Part shown: one piece after another, positions 38,111 to 50,942 of the stretch | Position numbering within the stretch: the first letter of the stretch is position 1 | How the letters are laid out: each line of letters begins with the position of its first letter | Source: Lama guanicoe | Taxonomy: Eukaryota | DNA: 64,000 nucleotides | NCBI GenBank assembly: GCA_013239625.1 | Contig: MU054220.1 | Location: 4,527,374-4,591,373, forward strand | Direction: 5' to 3' | Translations under genes and position numbers: made by a program | The notes under the pieces: generated by a model | The model's database searches: none | Told to the model about the DNA's origin: nothing | The model's input: only the letters and a program-made list of their open reading frames with translations

Positions 38111-39387
38111 AGTAAAATCAGATATGAAATTGTAGAAAGCAGACAAATCTGGGACAGGAGAGCTAGAGGTCGTGGTCATCAGCAAAGATCTTTATGACAA
38201 ACAGGGAGTTATGTCAAGGTTTTAAAACATTCAGATGGCTTAAAGATATTTTGATAGTTACATTACCCCTAAAATGATTAGGCTGCATTTCCGTGTCCTT
38301 GTTTCTAAATAGTAGCAAATAATATTATTAGTTAATATTTCTTGACTGGTTCTTGGATGCCAAGTGGTGCTCCGATTACTTACAAGTGTACACTGATGTA
38401 ATTTCCAGAACAACCTTATGACGTAGGTAATATAAACATTAGTCACATTTATAAAGGAGAAAACCGAAACACCATGCTACATGATGCCACCATGCCGCTT
38501 CTCTACAAAGGTATGGCAGAATGAAAACCAAATTAGGAGAGACAGGACTATTCTGGGAATGATACATTGAGCCATTTGCCGGGACCTCATAGCTGATTTC
38601 TTTCAATGACTTCAAAAGTGAAGAGCGGGTAGCAATATAATCCAGCAGACCCTGGATTATAAATAGTTCTTGCTGGCTTTATCTTGATGGCTTAGCAGAT
38701 TCCTCCTTAGAGTTACCGAGTCCTCAGATCTGTGTGAACTGCCTTATTTCAAGTGAATGGACTGTGTCTCAGCCTCACTGCTTTCTTAGTGGGTAACTTC
38801 AGAGAAGTTTCTTAAGCCCTCCTAACCTTAATTTTCCTCATCTCTTGGATCATGTGAAGATTCACTCATATCACATTGAGTGATACACTCATTTAATCAT
38901 CAACTAATAAGGAGCACTGACTGTAGCCAGCACTGTGCTAGATGCTAGGGACAAAGTAGTGATCAAGACAGCCCTGGTTCTTGCCCTCGAGGAGGTTATA
39001 GTCTAGCAGGGGAGGTAGACATTCAAAAAGCAAATATTGCAGTTGTCATATTTGATATGAGACTCCAACATGGGGGGCCTAACCTAGTGAAGTAATGTCC
39101 TTATTGTATGCTGAGTCCTAGGTTGTTGGGAGTTCTGAACTGGATCTAATTCAGCTGGGGGGTCAGCAGCTGATGGTTGACTGGTCTAGACTAGCCTTGG
39201 CTCCATGTGGTCTCTCATCCTTGAACAAGCTCACCAGGTATGTTCTAATAGTGGTGTTCGGAGGTGTGTGCAAACACACACAAGACCTCTTGAGGCCTAA
39301 GCTTGGAAGTGGCAGAAAACCATTTCTTCATTTATTGGCCAAAGCAACCTAGCCCAGGTTCAGGGAGTGGGGAGATAGACTTCACCT

Positions 39388-39508
39388 TTTTTTTTTTAAA
39401 TTTTTATTTTATTGCGTTGTAGTCAGTTTACAATGTTGTGTCAATTTCCAGTGTAGAGCACAATTTTTCAGTCATACATGAACATATATATATTCATTGT
39501 CACATTCT
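39388..39508 (-). mobile_element. ~120-bp L1 3' tip inserted in a MaLR (MLT1-like) LTR remnant (~39100-39610)
   Basis: 12-bp TSD tagacttcacct at 39376-39387 and 39509-39520; similar to the 3' end of the L1 at 47879. Confidence 0.85.
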
Positions 39509-42099
39509 TAGACTTCACCTCTTGATTGGAGTTGTCGCAGTCACACTGCAAAGGGTATAGATAGTGGGAGGAGTGGAGTATTGGAGCCATTTTTGCAATC
39601 ATTCTACCATGCTAAGTGATGGGGAATACTGGAGAAATGAAATTTCCTGTAGGAATAGATAATGAGGGAAAGATTTTTTTTTTTGAGATGAAGTAGAAAG
39701 GAATCAGATCATGCAGCCTTGAGAAGTACAATAAACATTAAATGTTAATTTATATATAACATGAAGTATCTGATTAACATTTAACACTCTCCTTTCCTCG
39801 CTTACTTTCCATGTCATAGAAGACTTTGAAACTGTTGTCAAGTCCATTTGTTTTAAGAAGGTGAAAGACTTAATGTGATCCAAAGAGAAACCAGAGTGTT
39901 GGTCCATTTGTTTTTAGGTGTGTGTCTAAGGCAGGAATTGTTTTCTTTCGAATGATTAGAATGTTGGTCAGAAAATATTCAATAAAAGCATATAACTGAA
40001 TAAATAAAAAGTACCTAAAACTATTAAGTTAACGATTAGTGGGCTAATTCCCCTGATGCCTTAGGAACAAGTTATCCACTTTCTAGAAGCAAATTCATTA
40101 TGTAGAGAAGCACAGAAACTACACTGATGTGCTTAGGTTGTCTCTGCCCTGGAAGAACCAAAGACAACATAGCTGTTAAATAGAGTGTTCATCTGAGGTT
40201 TCACTCACACTTTCCATAGGTTGTGTAGTGCTTGGCAGTCACAATTGGTTTGTCTAGTTATCAAATACAGCCAACAGCTTTCCCAGGGTAGGTGCGTGAA
40301 TAAAAAACATAGTGAGCCCAGATTATTCCTGTGGAATAACACTCTGGATAAACTGGGCCTATTAAAAAGTGATCTTATATCTTTCATCTTTCTGGTATGA
40401 CCTGCTGGGCAGAAACCACATTTATAAAGTATGAGTCTGAAAGTATTCTTCCAAGTCTTGCACCATTGTCCTTGCAGGGGCAGAACAGTGACTTTGCAGA
40501 AACGAACTAGTCAGCAGTGCATTATGTAGGAGAATCTGACTCCATGCAGTGAAAACATATGAAGCTTTCATTTTTAGACATTAGCTTGGAGATCCTGAGG
40601 GGTGCCTGCTATAAAACATCCACAAATAAAAGATAAAATGCCTTTCAATAAATGAATTAGCCTGTGCAAAAGAGATTTCCTCTTTCAATAAAGAAAATAA
40701 ATGTGAAAAAAGAGATTTGCTCCGAGACCAGGAATAGTGTTGGAACATGAGTCCAGAGAGATGAGTAAGCTCAGGTGTATACTTCTGGGTGGCCAGCTGC
40801 TTAGGTGTTCCTTGGGGGTGCGGGGTAGGTGGCTTGAGACAGGATGGAGACAAAGCTCATGAAGGAGAGTTATAGCAGAGGCCTTCTGCATAAAGCTGGG
40901 ACCCAGGAAGGACTTCATACTCCAAGGAGGGATGAACTAGGACGGTGGGGGTGCAGTGCAGAAAAGAAAACTCAAAGAGGCAAACAGCAAGGAAACTTTT
41001 TTTGTCTTGGTGTTAATTCAAGGTGGGAAAAACCTCCTGAGAATTCACGGCCACTAGCCTAACATTACATAAGCTTAAAGGCTGAATTAACACCATTTAT
41101 ACAATTTCCCTGTCCCTTCCCCCAAACCCCAAAACAACAAAAACCCAACAACTGCACAAGCTGAGAAATTTAATTTAAGGCAGATGAAAATTAGTAGTGC
41201 CCCCAAATCTGATGCAAACACACATAAATCTTGCCAGGAAAATTTACACTCAATAAGGCTCTGAATAATCCCCGTATAATTATTGTTAACATAAACACAC
41301 ACACAGAAGTCGTGAAAAATACAGGGAAATTAAGCATATTAGTAAAAGTCAGCAGAAACAATAGAAATAGCTACAAATATTATTTAAACTATTAGATACA
41401 TGACAATGATATTTAATATGTTTAAATAAAAGAATTAAAAACATACGTATGGTTCAAAACCACAAAACATTCAAAGCTATTTTTTTTTAAAAAGCAATCA
41501 AATGTAACAAAATTAAAAACTCAGTGAAGCCTCTACTGCATGGGACATGGTAGTAGCAAGCTGTCATTCCATTATAACATAAAAAAAATAAGTAAATTGT
41601 AATTTCTTTTTCTTTGAAGACACTGGAGATTTGTGGATGCAAGGACTAGCTTAACTAAAATTCTAAAGAACCCTTGCTAGGTAAGCTGGCTATGTTCTTC
41701 CGTGAGGACATTTTACAAGCATGACAACTGCGGATTGGGCTTGCAAAAGACAGTGGCATCTCTACTAGGAGAAAGATATTCCAACAGATCTTTTGACAGT
41801 CATTGGGGTGGTGTGATGGATTGGAACCTAGAAGAGTCCCCAAATGCACGACCAGTTTGCCCTACGAGGCATGTGCCAAGTACTAGAGCAGCACAGGGAG
41901 GATACATGGCTGGGCTGGAAAAACAAGGTGGAACCTCTCAGAGTCTCAGTGTGCTTAAAAGCAAAGTTCTGAGAAAGAAGAGCCCCCAAGAAACAAATGA
42001 CAGGTTTCATTATGCTGACTTCTGAAACTGCAGGGAAATTGAATTTAATTAAAGTGGCAGCCTAGCCCTAGCTTGGCTCAATACCCATTTCTTGTTGTT

Positions 42100-42660
42100 T
42101 TTACTTTATTCTTTTATTTTTATTTCAATTTTTAAAATTGAAGTATAGCTGATTTACAATGTTGCATTAGTTTCAGGTGTACAGCTAAGTGATTCAGTTA
42201 TATATATTTTATATACATATGTAATCCTTATATACATATATGTATTCTTTTTCAGATTCTTTTCCTTTATAGATTTTTTATAAGATATTGAATATAGTTC
42301 CCTGAGCTGTACAGTAAATCCTCACAGGGGTTTGGAAGTAGGGAAGTGGGGGATGAATAAGTGGCCCACAGGGGATTTTTAGGCAATGAAACTATTCTGT
42401 ATGATACTGTAATGATGGTTACGTGACATGCATTTGTTGAAGTGCCCAAAGAAAGAGTGAACCCTAATGTAAACTGTGAACTTTAGTTAATGGTAATGTG
42501 ACAACAGTGGTTCATCAGTTGTAACAAATGAACCACACTAATGCAGGATGATAATAATAGAGAAGACCAGGCAGGTGAGACAAAGGCATGGAATATGGGA
42601 ATTCTCTGTACTTTCTCCTAATTTTTTCTGTAAACATAAAACTGCCCTAAAAGATAGTCT
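42100..42660. mobile_element. Two adjacent L1 3'-end fragments (minus ~42100-42325; plus ~42330-42660)
   Basis: ttgaagtatagctgatttacaatgttg... and gaaactattctgtatgatactgtaatg...gaaccctaatgtaaact patterns. Confidence 0.7.
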
Positions 42661-44738
42661 ATTAATTTTAAAAGGTGACACTCAATAGAAAATATCCAAA
42701 CTGAAGCACAGAGAGGAGAAAAAAAAATGGAAAACTCAATGAAGTCTCCTGGCAGTTTGGCTAACTAATACAACTGGATTTTGGCGAAGTTCGAACAAAC
42801 ATACAGAGTGGCCACAAAGTCCCTATGAATGTTAGGTAGAAGTTGTCTGTAGGGCTCCTCGGTTATCTGCAGAGAATGAATTTTTCCTGTGTTCTGTCGT
42901 ATATCTATTAGCTTACATCATACTGAATCCCCACTTGGAAGAAATGTGCACACACACACACACATACACAATCATGCAAACTCTTGTAAAATGAATTTGT
43001 AACCACTCTACATTTTAATGCAAGGCTGGGCTCACAGGAAATAAATGTGGTATCTCCAAAGGCAGAAAACAAAACAAACCCAAAGGGAAAAAAGTATAAG
43101 AAATGGAAATCAGAGCTAGAAACAAGGAGCAGTAAGAAAATAAGAAATCAGTCATGGACATGTCCAAATCAGCCTTAGGAATGGCGAATCACTACAAGGT
43201 GAGAGAACTAGGTCTGAGATTCCTGCATCATCAGGTACTTCAAAGTGGGTGAGACTGGTGTCATGTTGGTAGAGAGCCCAGGCTGCTGGCAGAAACAAAA
43301 CGGTTCTCTCTGCAGAACATCTCAATCTAGCCCCCAGCATCCTTCTCCAAATTAAAAATCAACCAAATAGGACTTCGAAATAAAAATATCAAACACAGAA
43401 GACAATAAACCACCAAGTAAGAGCAGAAATATAAACAATAGATTTAGACTCCTAAGAATTTCAGATAGAAAAATCATCAGATATGGAATGTAATATACCA
43501 GTGCATGAAATACTTTATTGTTAAGTTTTAAAACTGAATTTTAAAAATGAATAAGCACTAAGAAACTATGAATGACCAGGCAGATTTAGACAAGAGCTAA
43601 AAAGAATTTTAAAAATGAAAACTATAACTGAAATTAAAATAGCAGTGAATAGTTTTCACAGCAGATAAAATGTATGAAGAAAGAATTAAGAGACCTGGAA
43701 TGTAGATTTGAAGAAACTATGCAGCATGCAGCTCAGGGAGACAAGGATGGAAAATGGGAGAGAGGTTAAGAGACAGAATAAAGCTATGACACATAACAAG
43801 AGACTCAGATGGAGACTGAGGATTTTTCAGAAATGACAAAAGACATGATTTCTTAGATACAGGAAGAGTAATACAAACCAAGAAGGATAAATTTTAAAAT
43901 TCCACACTTAGATATATTGTCATACTACTGAAGAACACTAAATCAAATGGTGTCTTAAAATTGCCCAGAGATATATCACTTATGAAAGAATGCCATACTG
44001 ACACTGACTTCTTTCTGAACACTAACAACAGAATCCAGAAGACCAGGTATTTCATTAAAATGCCATCAATTCTAAATCACACCATTACTTTAAATATAGC
44101 ACCAACAAAGGGGAAAAGATAGTGCCAATTAAACTATGACATGCACCATAAGGGAAGTCTGAGATGCATGAGAGATGTGCAAAATGATAAATGTGGTAAT
44201 TTATTTTATGACAACATGTTTGTATAAAATAATGAAAACATCTGATTTATGGAGTTAAAAACACAGAAGTTAAAATACTGGTTTACAAAAACATGTAAGT
44301 TAGGAAAGGGTTGATCAGAATAATAATGTTCTTTTGCACAGCAAAGGAAACGCAAACAACACAAAAAGACAACCTAAGGAATGGGAAAAAATATTTACAA
44401 ACGATGCAACTGACAAGGGCTTAATCTCCAGAATATACAAACAGCTCATACAACTTAACAACAAAAAAACAAATAACCCAATCCAAAAATGGGCAGAAGA
44501 CCTAAACAAACAATTCTCCAGTGAAGACATACAAATGGCCAATAGGCACATGAAGAAATGCTCAGTATCGCTAATTATTAGAGAAGCAAATCAAAACTAC
44601 AATCAGGTATCATCACCTCACAACAGTTAGAATGGCCATCATTAAAAAGTCCACAAATGATAAATGCTGGACAGGGTGTGAAGAAGAGGGAACCCTCCTA
44701 CACTGTTGGTGGGAATGTAGTTTGGTGCAACCATTATG

Positions 44739-44897
44739 CACTTAATTAAAAAATTTTTTTTCGTTATTTTATAATTTTGAGGGGGAGGTAATTAGGTTTT
44801 TATTTATTTACTTACTTTAATGGAGGTACTGGGGATTGAACCCATAACCTCATGCATACTAAGCATGTGCTCTACTACTGAGCTACCCTCCCCCTCC
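44739..44897 (-). mobile_element. tRNA-derived SINE inserted in L1
   Basis: 17-bp TSD ttggtgcaRccattatg at 44722-44738 and 44898-44914. Confidence 0.9.
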
Positions 44898-45123
44898 TTG
44901 GTGCAGCCATTATGGAAAACAGTTATGGAGATTCCTCAAAAACTGAAAATAGACTTACCATATGACCGAGCAATCCCATTCCTGGGCATAGATCTGGAGG
45001 GAACTCTAATTTGGAAAGATAGGTGTACCCCAATGTTCATAGCAGCACTGTTTACAGTAGCCAAGACATGGAAACAACCTAAATGTCCAGTGACAGATGA
45101 CTGGTTAAAGAGGTTGTGCTGTC

Positions 45124-45216
45124 TATGTATGTATGTATGTATGTATGTGTATGTATATGTGTGTGTATATATATATATATATACACACACATATACATAT
45201 ATGTATACATATACAC
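45124..45216. repeat. (TATG)n/(TG)n/(TA)n/(CA)n compound microsatellite
   Basis: Read directly. Confidence 0.9.
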
Positions 45217-47878
45217 AAAGAATACTACTAAGCCATAAAAAATAAAACTGCCATTTGCTGCAACATGGATGGACCTGGAGATCGTCATTCTAAGTGAAGT
45301 AAGCCAGAAAGAGCAAGAAAAATACCATATGATATCACTCATATGTGGAATTAAAAAAAAAGACAAATGAACCTATTTATAAAACAGAAACAAGACTCAG
45401 ACATAGAAAACAAACTTATGGCTACCAGGGAGGGAAGGGGATGGGCAGAGATAAATTGGGAGTTTGAGATTTGCAGACACTAACTACTGTATATAAAATA
45501 GATAAACAATAAGTTTATACTGTATAGCACAGGGAACTATATCAATATCTTGTAGTAACCCATAAAAAAAGGAGTGAATATATGTATCTTTGTGTATGAC
45601 TGAAACATGCTGTACACCAGAAATTGACACAACATTGTAAACTGTACTTCAATTAAAAAAAAAGAGGAGGGGGGAAAAGCATAAAAGAGAGAAACAAAAG
45701 CACAAAACTGCATGATAGAAAGAAGTCTCCATGTTTTAGGAATCATAATAAATGTAAATGGAATAAACTTGCCTATGAAAAGCAGAAACTATACATTAAA
45801 AAACAACCACACCAATCCAGATTTATTTGACTTACAAGACATAAATATGTAGAAAGGAAAAGTATTGAAAAAATATACTACTAAACACTAACCAAAATAA
45901 AAGAGTTAGCTAATTTGATACCACAGAAAACAGATTTTAAGGCAAAAACTATTAGCAATAAGGACGTCAGGACGTGGCAAAAGAAAGTTCAGCTCACCAG
46001 GAAGACATAATTCTAAACTATTCACCTAAAAAGATAGCCTCAAAATGTATAAAGCAAAAATTAATAAAATAGGGAAATTTGACAAATCCATCATTACAGT
46101 TAGAGAATTCTAAACACTTCTCTCGATTACTGATAGGTCAGGTAGAAAAAAGTAAAGAGATGGAAGATTTGGACACAATTAACAAACTTGACTTAATGGA
46201 CATACATTGAAAAATAACAATTAGAAAATAAACCTTAAGCACATAAAGCCCATTTAAACAATTGACCATACCTAAACATAAAATTAGTCTCAAAACATTT
46301 CTAAGAATAGGTCATAATAAAAGGTTTATATTTGTATTAGTTTTCTGTGGCTGTTGTAACATTAGCATAAACTCAATGGCTTAAAATTAGACTTTTCTCT
46401 CACAGTTTGGGAGGCCAGAAGTCCAAAATCGGATACTAGTCTAAATTAACGTGCTGGCTGGGCCCTGTATCCTCCAGAAATGAACAACAAAAGGTTTAAC
46501 TTTTTATTTTGAAATAACTTCAGATTTATAGGAAATTTGCAAAACAATACAGAGAATTTCCATATACCTTTCCCCTAGATTTTCCAAATGTTAACATTTT
46601 AACACATTTGCTTTATCATTTTCTATATACATAATTTTTTCTAAACCTTTTGAGATTAATTTGCATATATAATGTCCCATTATCTCTAAATACGCCAGTG
46701 TATATCGCCTTAAAAACAAGGACTTTTTCTTAAATAATCACCATACAATGATCAAACTCAGGAAATTAGCATTGATAAAATGCTATTATCTAATCTAGAC
46801 TTTACTCAAATCTCACGAACTGTCTAAAAATTGGCCCTCATAGCAAAAAAAAATTTTTTTCTCAACCAGGATCCAAGACCATGCATTTTGCATTTACTCT
46901 TCACGTTTCTTCAGTCTTCTTTAATCTGAAACTTTTGACAAATATACACTAGTTATTTTGCAGAATGCCCCTCAATTTCGTTTTTAAAAAAATATTTCTT
47001 CCTGATTACATTCAGTTTATACATTTTTGCTAGGAATACCACCTAAGTGATGATGTTTAGTCCATCAAGTCAGAATGTACATAATGTAAAATTGTCTAAT
47101 TAATGGTGACATGTTATTTTTAAAGGAAATACATTTACAAAAACTTAAATTTGTGCTTTTAAAAACATTTCTAATCAATTCATAGGTTATAGAAAGCAAA
47201 ATGTGAATTTTTTAATATTAGCACTGAATAATACATTTGTGTATATATACATTTGTGTATATACGCACACACACACAAATTGTGGGATGCAGTAAAAGAC
47301 AATTCAACTTGCAGCCTTAGATGTTTATGTAAGAATAGAAAAAATACTGAACATGAATTAAATGTCAAATTTATGAAATAAGAAAAAATAACAGAATAAA
47401 CCTCCAGAAAGGAGAACATAAAAAGAAAAGGGCAGAGTGGATCAACAAAGCCAAAAGTTGGTTCTTTAAAAATGAATAAAATAGACAAATTTCTGGCAAA
47501 TGGTCAAAGAACAGAAAGCGAAAAGACACAAATACTGGAAAAGGAAATATAAGTACATATCCAGGAGAGGTTTAATAGTAATAAAAGTTCCTCAAGCTAC
47601 TTTATGCTAATAAATTGGCATAATTTATAATTGGGGGGAAATGCGTAAAAGCTTAGGAAACATTTTTCAAAATTGACTCAAGGGAAAATAGAAACCCTGA
47701 GTAGTCTTATTACCTTTAAAGCAACATAATCAGTTAAAAATCTTGTCACAAATAAATACTAAGGTTAGACTGTTTCACGAACTTTCAAGGAAAAGTCTGT
47801 CCCAAACTTTTGCAGATTCTTCTTGGGCACAGTAAAATAGGCAGCACTTTCCAGCTCATTTAATGAAGGTATAACCTT

Positions 47879-50800
47879 TTTTTTTTTTACATTTTTTTAT
47901 TGAGTAATCGTTATTTTACAATGTTGTGTCAAATTCTAGTGTAGAGCACAATTTTTCAGTCATACATAAACATGTATGTATTGTCACATTTTTTTTTCGC
48001 TATGAGCTACCACAAGACCTTGTATATATTTCCCTGTGCTATACAGTATAGTCTTGTTTATCTATTCTGCATTTTAAAATCCCAGTCTGTCCCTTCCCAC
48101 CCCCCACCCCCTTGGCAACCACAAGTTTGTATTCTATGTCTATAAGTCTGTTTCTGTTTTGTATTTATGTTGTGTTTGTTTTTTAGATTCCTCATATAAG
48201 CAATCTCATATGGTATTTTTCTTTGTCTTTCTGGCTTACTTCACTTAGAATGACATTCTCCAGTAACATCCATGTTGCTGCAAATGGCATTATGTTGTCG
48301 GTTTTTATGGCTGAATAGTATTCCATTGTATAAGTATACCACATCTTCTTTATTCAGTCATCTGTTGATGGACATCTAGGCTGCTTCCATGTCTTGGCTA
48401 TTGTAAATAGTGCTGCTATGAACATTGGGATGCAGGTGTCATTTTGAAGTAGGGTTCCTTCTGGATATTTGCCCAGGAGTGGGATTCCTGGGTCCTATGG
48501 TAAGTCTATTCCTAGTCTTTTGAGGAATCTCTATACTGTTTTCCACAGTGGCTTTCCTTGCTTCCCTCTCCCACTCTTAATGATTTAGATGTCTTCTTTT
48601 ACAATTTTGTGTTTATTCTATTTGTAATTCATGGTAGTTATCTCCTTTCCAGTTATGAGTTTCTCGTTTTTGTATCATCCTGCTTCTTTTTTGAGTAGAC
48701 CTGTCAATATTTGTTTTAGCATGGGTTTAGTGTTGCTAAACTCTTTTAGTTTTTGCTTGTCTGTGAAGTTCTTTATCTCTCCTTCTATTCTAAAGGACAG
48801 CCTTGCTGGATAGAGTATCCTAGGCTGCATCTTTTTTTTCATTGAGGACTTTGAATATATCTTGCCACTCCCTTCTGGCCTGTAGTGTTTGTGTAGAGAA
48901 ATCAGCTGAGAGCCTATAGGGGTTCCCTTGTAACTCACTCTTTGCTTTTCTCTTGCTGCCTTTAGGATCATTTCTTTATCCTTGACTCTGACCATCTTGA
49001 TGGTGATATGCCTTGATGTAGGTCTGTTTGGGTTCTTCCTGTTTGGGACCCTCTGAGCCTCCTGTACTTGGATATCTGATTCCTTCTTTAAGTTTGGGAA
49101 GTTTTCAGTCATGATTTCTTCAAATACGTTTTCAATCCCCTTTGTTCTTTCTTCCTTTTCTGGAACCCCTATTATGCGCAGCTTGGCATGTTTTATGTTA
49201 TCCCATAGGTCCCTTATATTGTTTTCATTGTATTTTACTTGTTTTTCTCTCAGCTGTTCTGATTGGGTGCTTTCTGTTGTCCTGTCTTCTAGGTCACTTA
49301 TTCGTTCCTCTGCATTATCTAGCCTGCTTTGTACAGCCTCTAGGTCAGCTCTCATCTCAGCAAATGAGTTTACTAATTCTACTTGGTTCTTCTTTATAGC
49401 TTCTATTTCATTTTTGACATATTTTATATCTCTAAACACTATTTCTTTTAGTTCTTTCAGTACTTTGATCACTCCTTCTTTGATATCTTGATCTAGTAGG
49501 CCATCAATGTCTATTAAATGTCTATTGATCGTGCTTTCAGGGGATTTCTCTTGATCTTTTAATTGGGAGTGGTTCCTCTGCTTCTTCATATTGCTCATAT
49601 CTCTCTGGCACTGTGGCTTAAGGAGTATCAGTTATCTAGTTCTCCTGGGGACGGTGTGCTCTTAATGATTTTATCGAGGTCTTTGTGTCTTCACCCTGTT
49701 TCGTGAACTCAGCTTGCTGTTTCCAGAGGCCCTCTATTGGCGCCCTCATCTGGGCTGCTCCCAGTGGCTGTCAGCTAGCAGATCGCGCCCCCTCCTAACA
49801 CTGGGTCAGGAGCTGAGCTCTTACCCTGTGGGTGGGCAGGTCACTCCCTCTCCTGATGCCACAGTCAGGTGCTGCGCTTGGAGGGAGGCAGGTGGGTGGA
49901 TCGCCCCCCCCCCCAGCACCATGATCAGGTGCTGCGTTCCTGCAAGGAAAGGGGGTGGTCACCCGCCCTCTCCTGGTGCTGGTCTCTCCGATGCTCTGTG
50001 CAGCTGCCCACTCCACCTCGGGTCGGCGCCCCAAAGGCGGGCTTGGGGAAGACCGTGGAACGGCCCCACCCCTGCCCTGTGCCAAATCTCAGCTCCTTGT
50101 TTGTCTTGGCTGTGCAAGTTCTCTGGGGTGCCAGGGTAGAAAGATCCTATCTACCTCGGGCTGTAAACAAGTCTCAGTCCTGCCCAGGAGGTTGTGGAGC
50201 CCCTGGGTACAGATTCAGGGCTTGGCCCCAACCCCGCCCCTGCCTGGGCGCTGTGCACAGGAGGAGATGGCGGCTGTGGCTGTGCCCCACCTCTCTTCTC
50301 GTGAGAAGCGCCAGTAATGGCAGCGTAAGTCTGAGGAGACAAAGGCTATGGCACCCCTCCCCCCAGGGCACAGCAGCCGTCTTGCTTTACTTTTTTTGCA
50401 GCTTATGGGGGACCCGAGGTTGTTCTGCTCCGTATCCCCTCCCAGCTACGGCGCACAGCACCCTGCAGTCCCCCGGGAATGCCTCAGTGCAGTCGCCCCC
50501 ATTCTCCACCCGGCTAGGGTGGCCCATCCTGGCCTCAGCTGCCGGCTCATGTCTCGGGCTGGGTGTTGCGGGGACCCTTTGTGCCCGTTTAACTCAGTTC
50601 TGTCAGTCAAGGGGTGCTCGGGACAGATCTGAGCCTTGGAGACTCCCCCTCCATCCCTCTGGCCTCTCCGTTGGATGCAGGGAGACCCAGTTAACAAGCG
50701 CCAGTCCTTTTGCCGCTCCCTCCCCAGGGGATTGGTCCCACACTGTTTTGCTTTTTCTTCTTTCTTTTTTCCTTTTCTCCTACCAGATTTTTGGCGTCTT

Positions 50801-50942
50801 TGTCTTTCGAAGAGGGCAATGTTCTGTCAGAGTTCGGCAGGTGCTCTGGTTGGCTGAGTAGGTCCGTAGAAGTGAGTTTTGGTGTATTTGTGGGAGAGGG
50901 TGAGCTATGAGCATCCTAGTCCACCATCTTGCTTCTCTCTTC
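47879..50942 (-). mobile_element. Young LINE-1 with full 5' UTR, ORF1 and 3' end but lacking almost all of ORF2
   Basis: 15-bp TSD tgaaggtataacctt at 47864-47878 and 50943-50957; polyA tail; 5' CAAGATGG YY1-like start; GC-rich 5' UTR with degenerate ~60-bp repeats at 49830-49980. Confidence 0.92.
48675..49598 (-). CDS. LINE-1 ORF1p (coiled coil-RRM-CTD), 307 codons open, with a short apparently out-of-frame segment
   Basis: ORF1 motifs LRIIGVPE, ENFPNL, EAQRVP, ILKAAREK, YPARLSF. Confidence 0.9.
   Translation of the reverse strand: MSNMKKQRNHSQLKDQEKSPESTINRHLIDIDGLLDQDIKEGVIKVLKELKEIVFRDIKYVKNEIEAIKKNQVELVNSFAEMRADLEAVQSRLDNAEERISDLEDRTTESTQSEQLREKQVKYNENNIRDLWDNIKHAKLRIIGVPEKEERTKGIENVFEEIMTENFPNLKKESDIQVQEAQRVPNRKNPNRPTSRHITIKMVRVKDKEMILKAAREKQRVSYKGTPIGSQLISLHKHYRPEGSGKIYSKSSMKKKMQPRILYPARLSFRIEGEIKNFTDKQKLKEFSNTKPMLKQILTGLLKKEAG

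Larger units (their letters stand above)
44330..45665 (+). mobile_element. 5'-truncated LINE-1 (ORF2 C-terminus, 3' UTR, A tail) interrupted by a SINE and a (TATG)n/(TA)n microsatellite
   Basis: EWEKIF...[11 protein letters not shown]...[11 protein letters not shown]...HMKKCS; CTPMFIAALFT; A-rich end near 45655. Confidence 0.92.
42660..47863 (+). mobile_element. Old degraded LINE-1 (ORF1 and ORF2 endonuclease-region remnants) hosting younger insertions; resumes at ~50958-51120
   Basis: A-rich strand bias; aatgtaaatggaataaac EN-start remnant near 45750; sequence continues across the younger L1's TSD. Confidence 0.6.

Noticed and set aside
49869..50861. 330-codon plus-strand ORF antisense to the L1 5' UTR (ORF0-like idea)
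   Set aside because: Starts at GTG, has no in-frame ATG, lies in GC-rich stop-poor sequence and shows no recognisable domain
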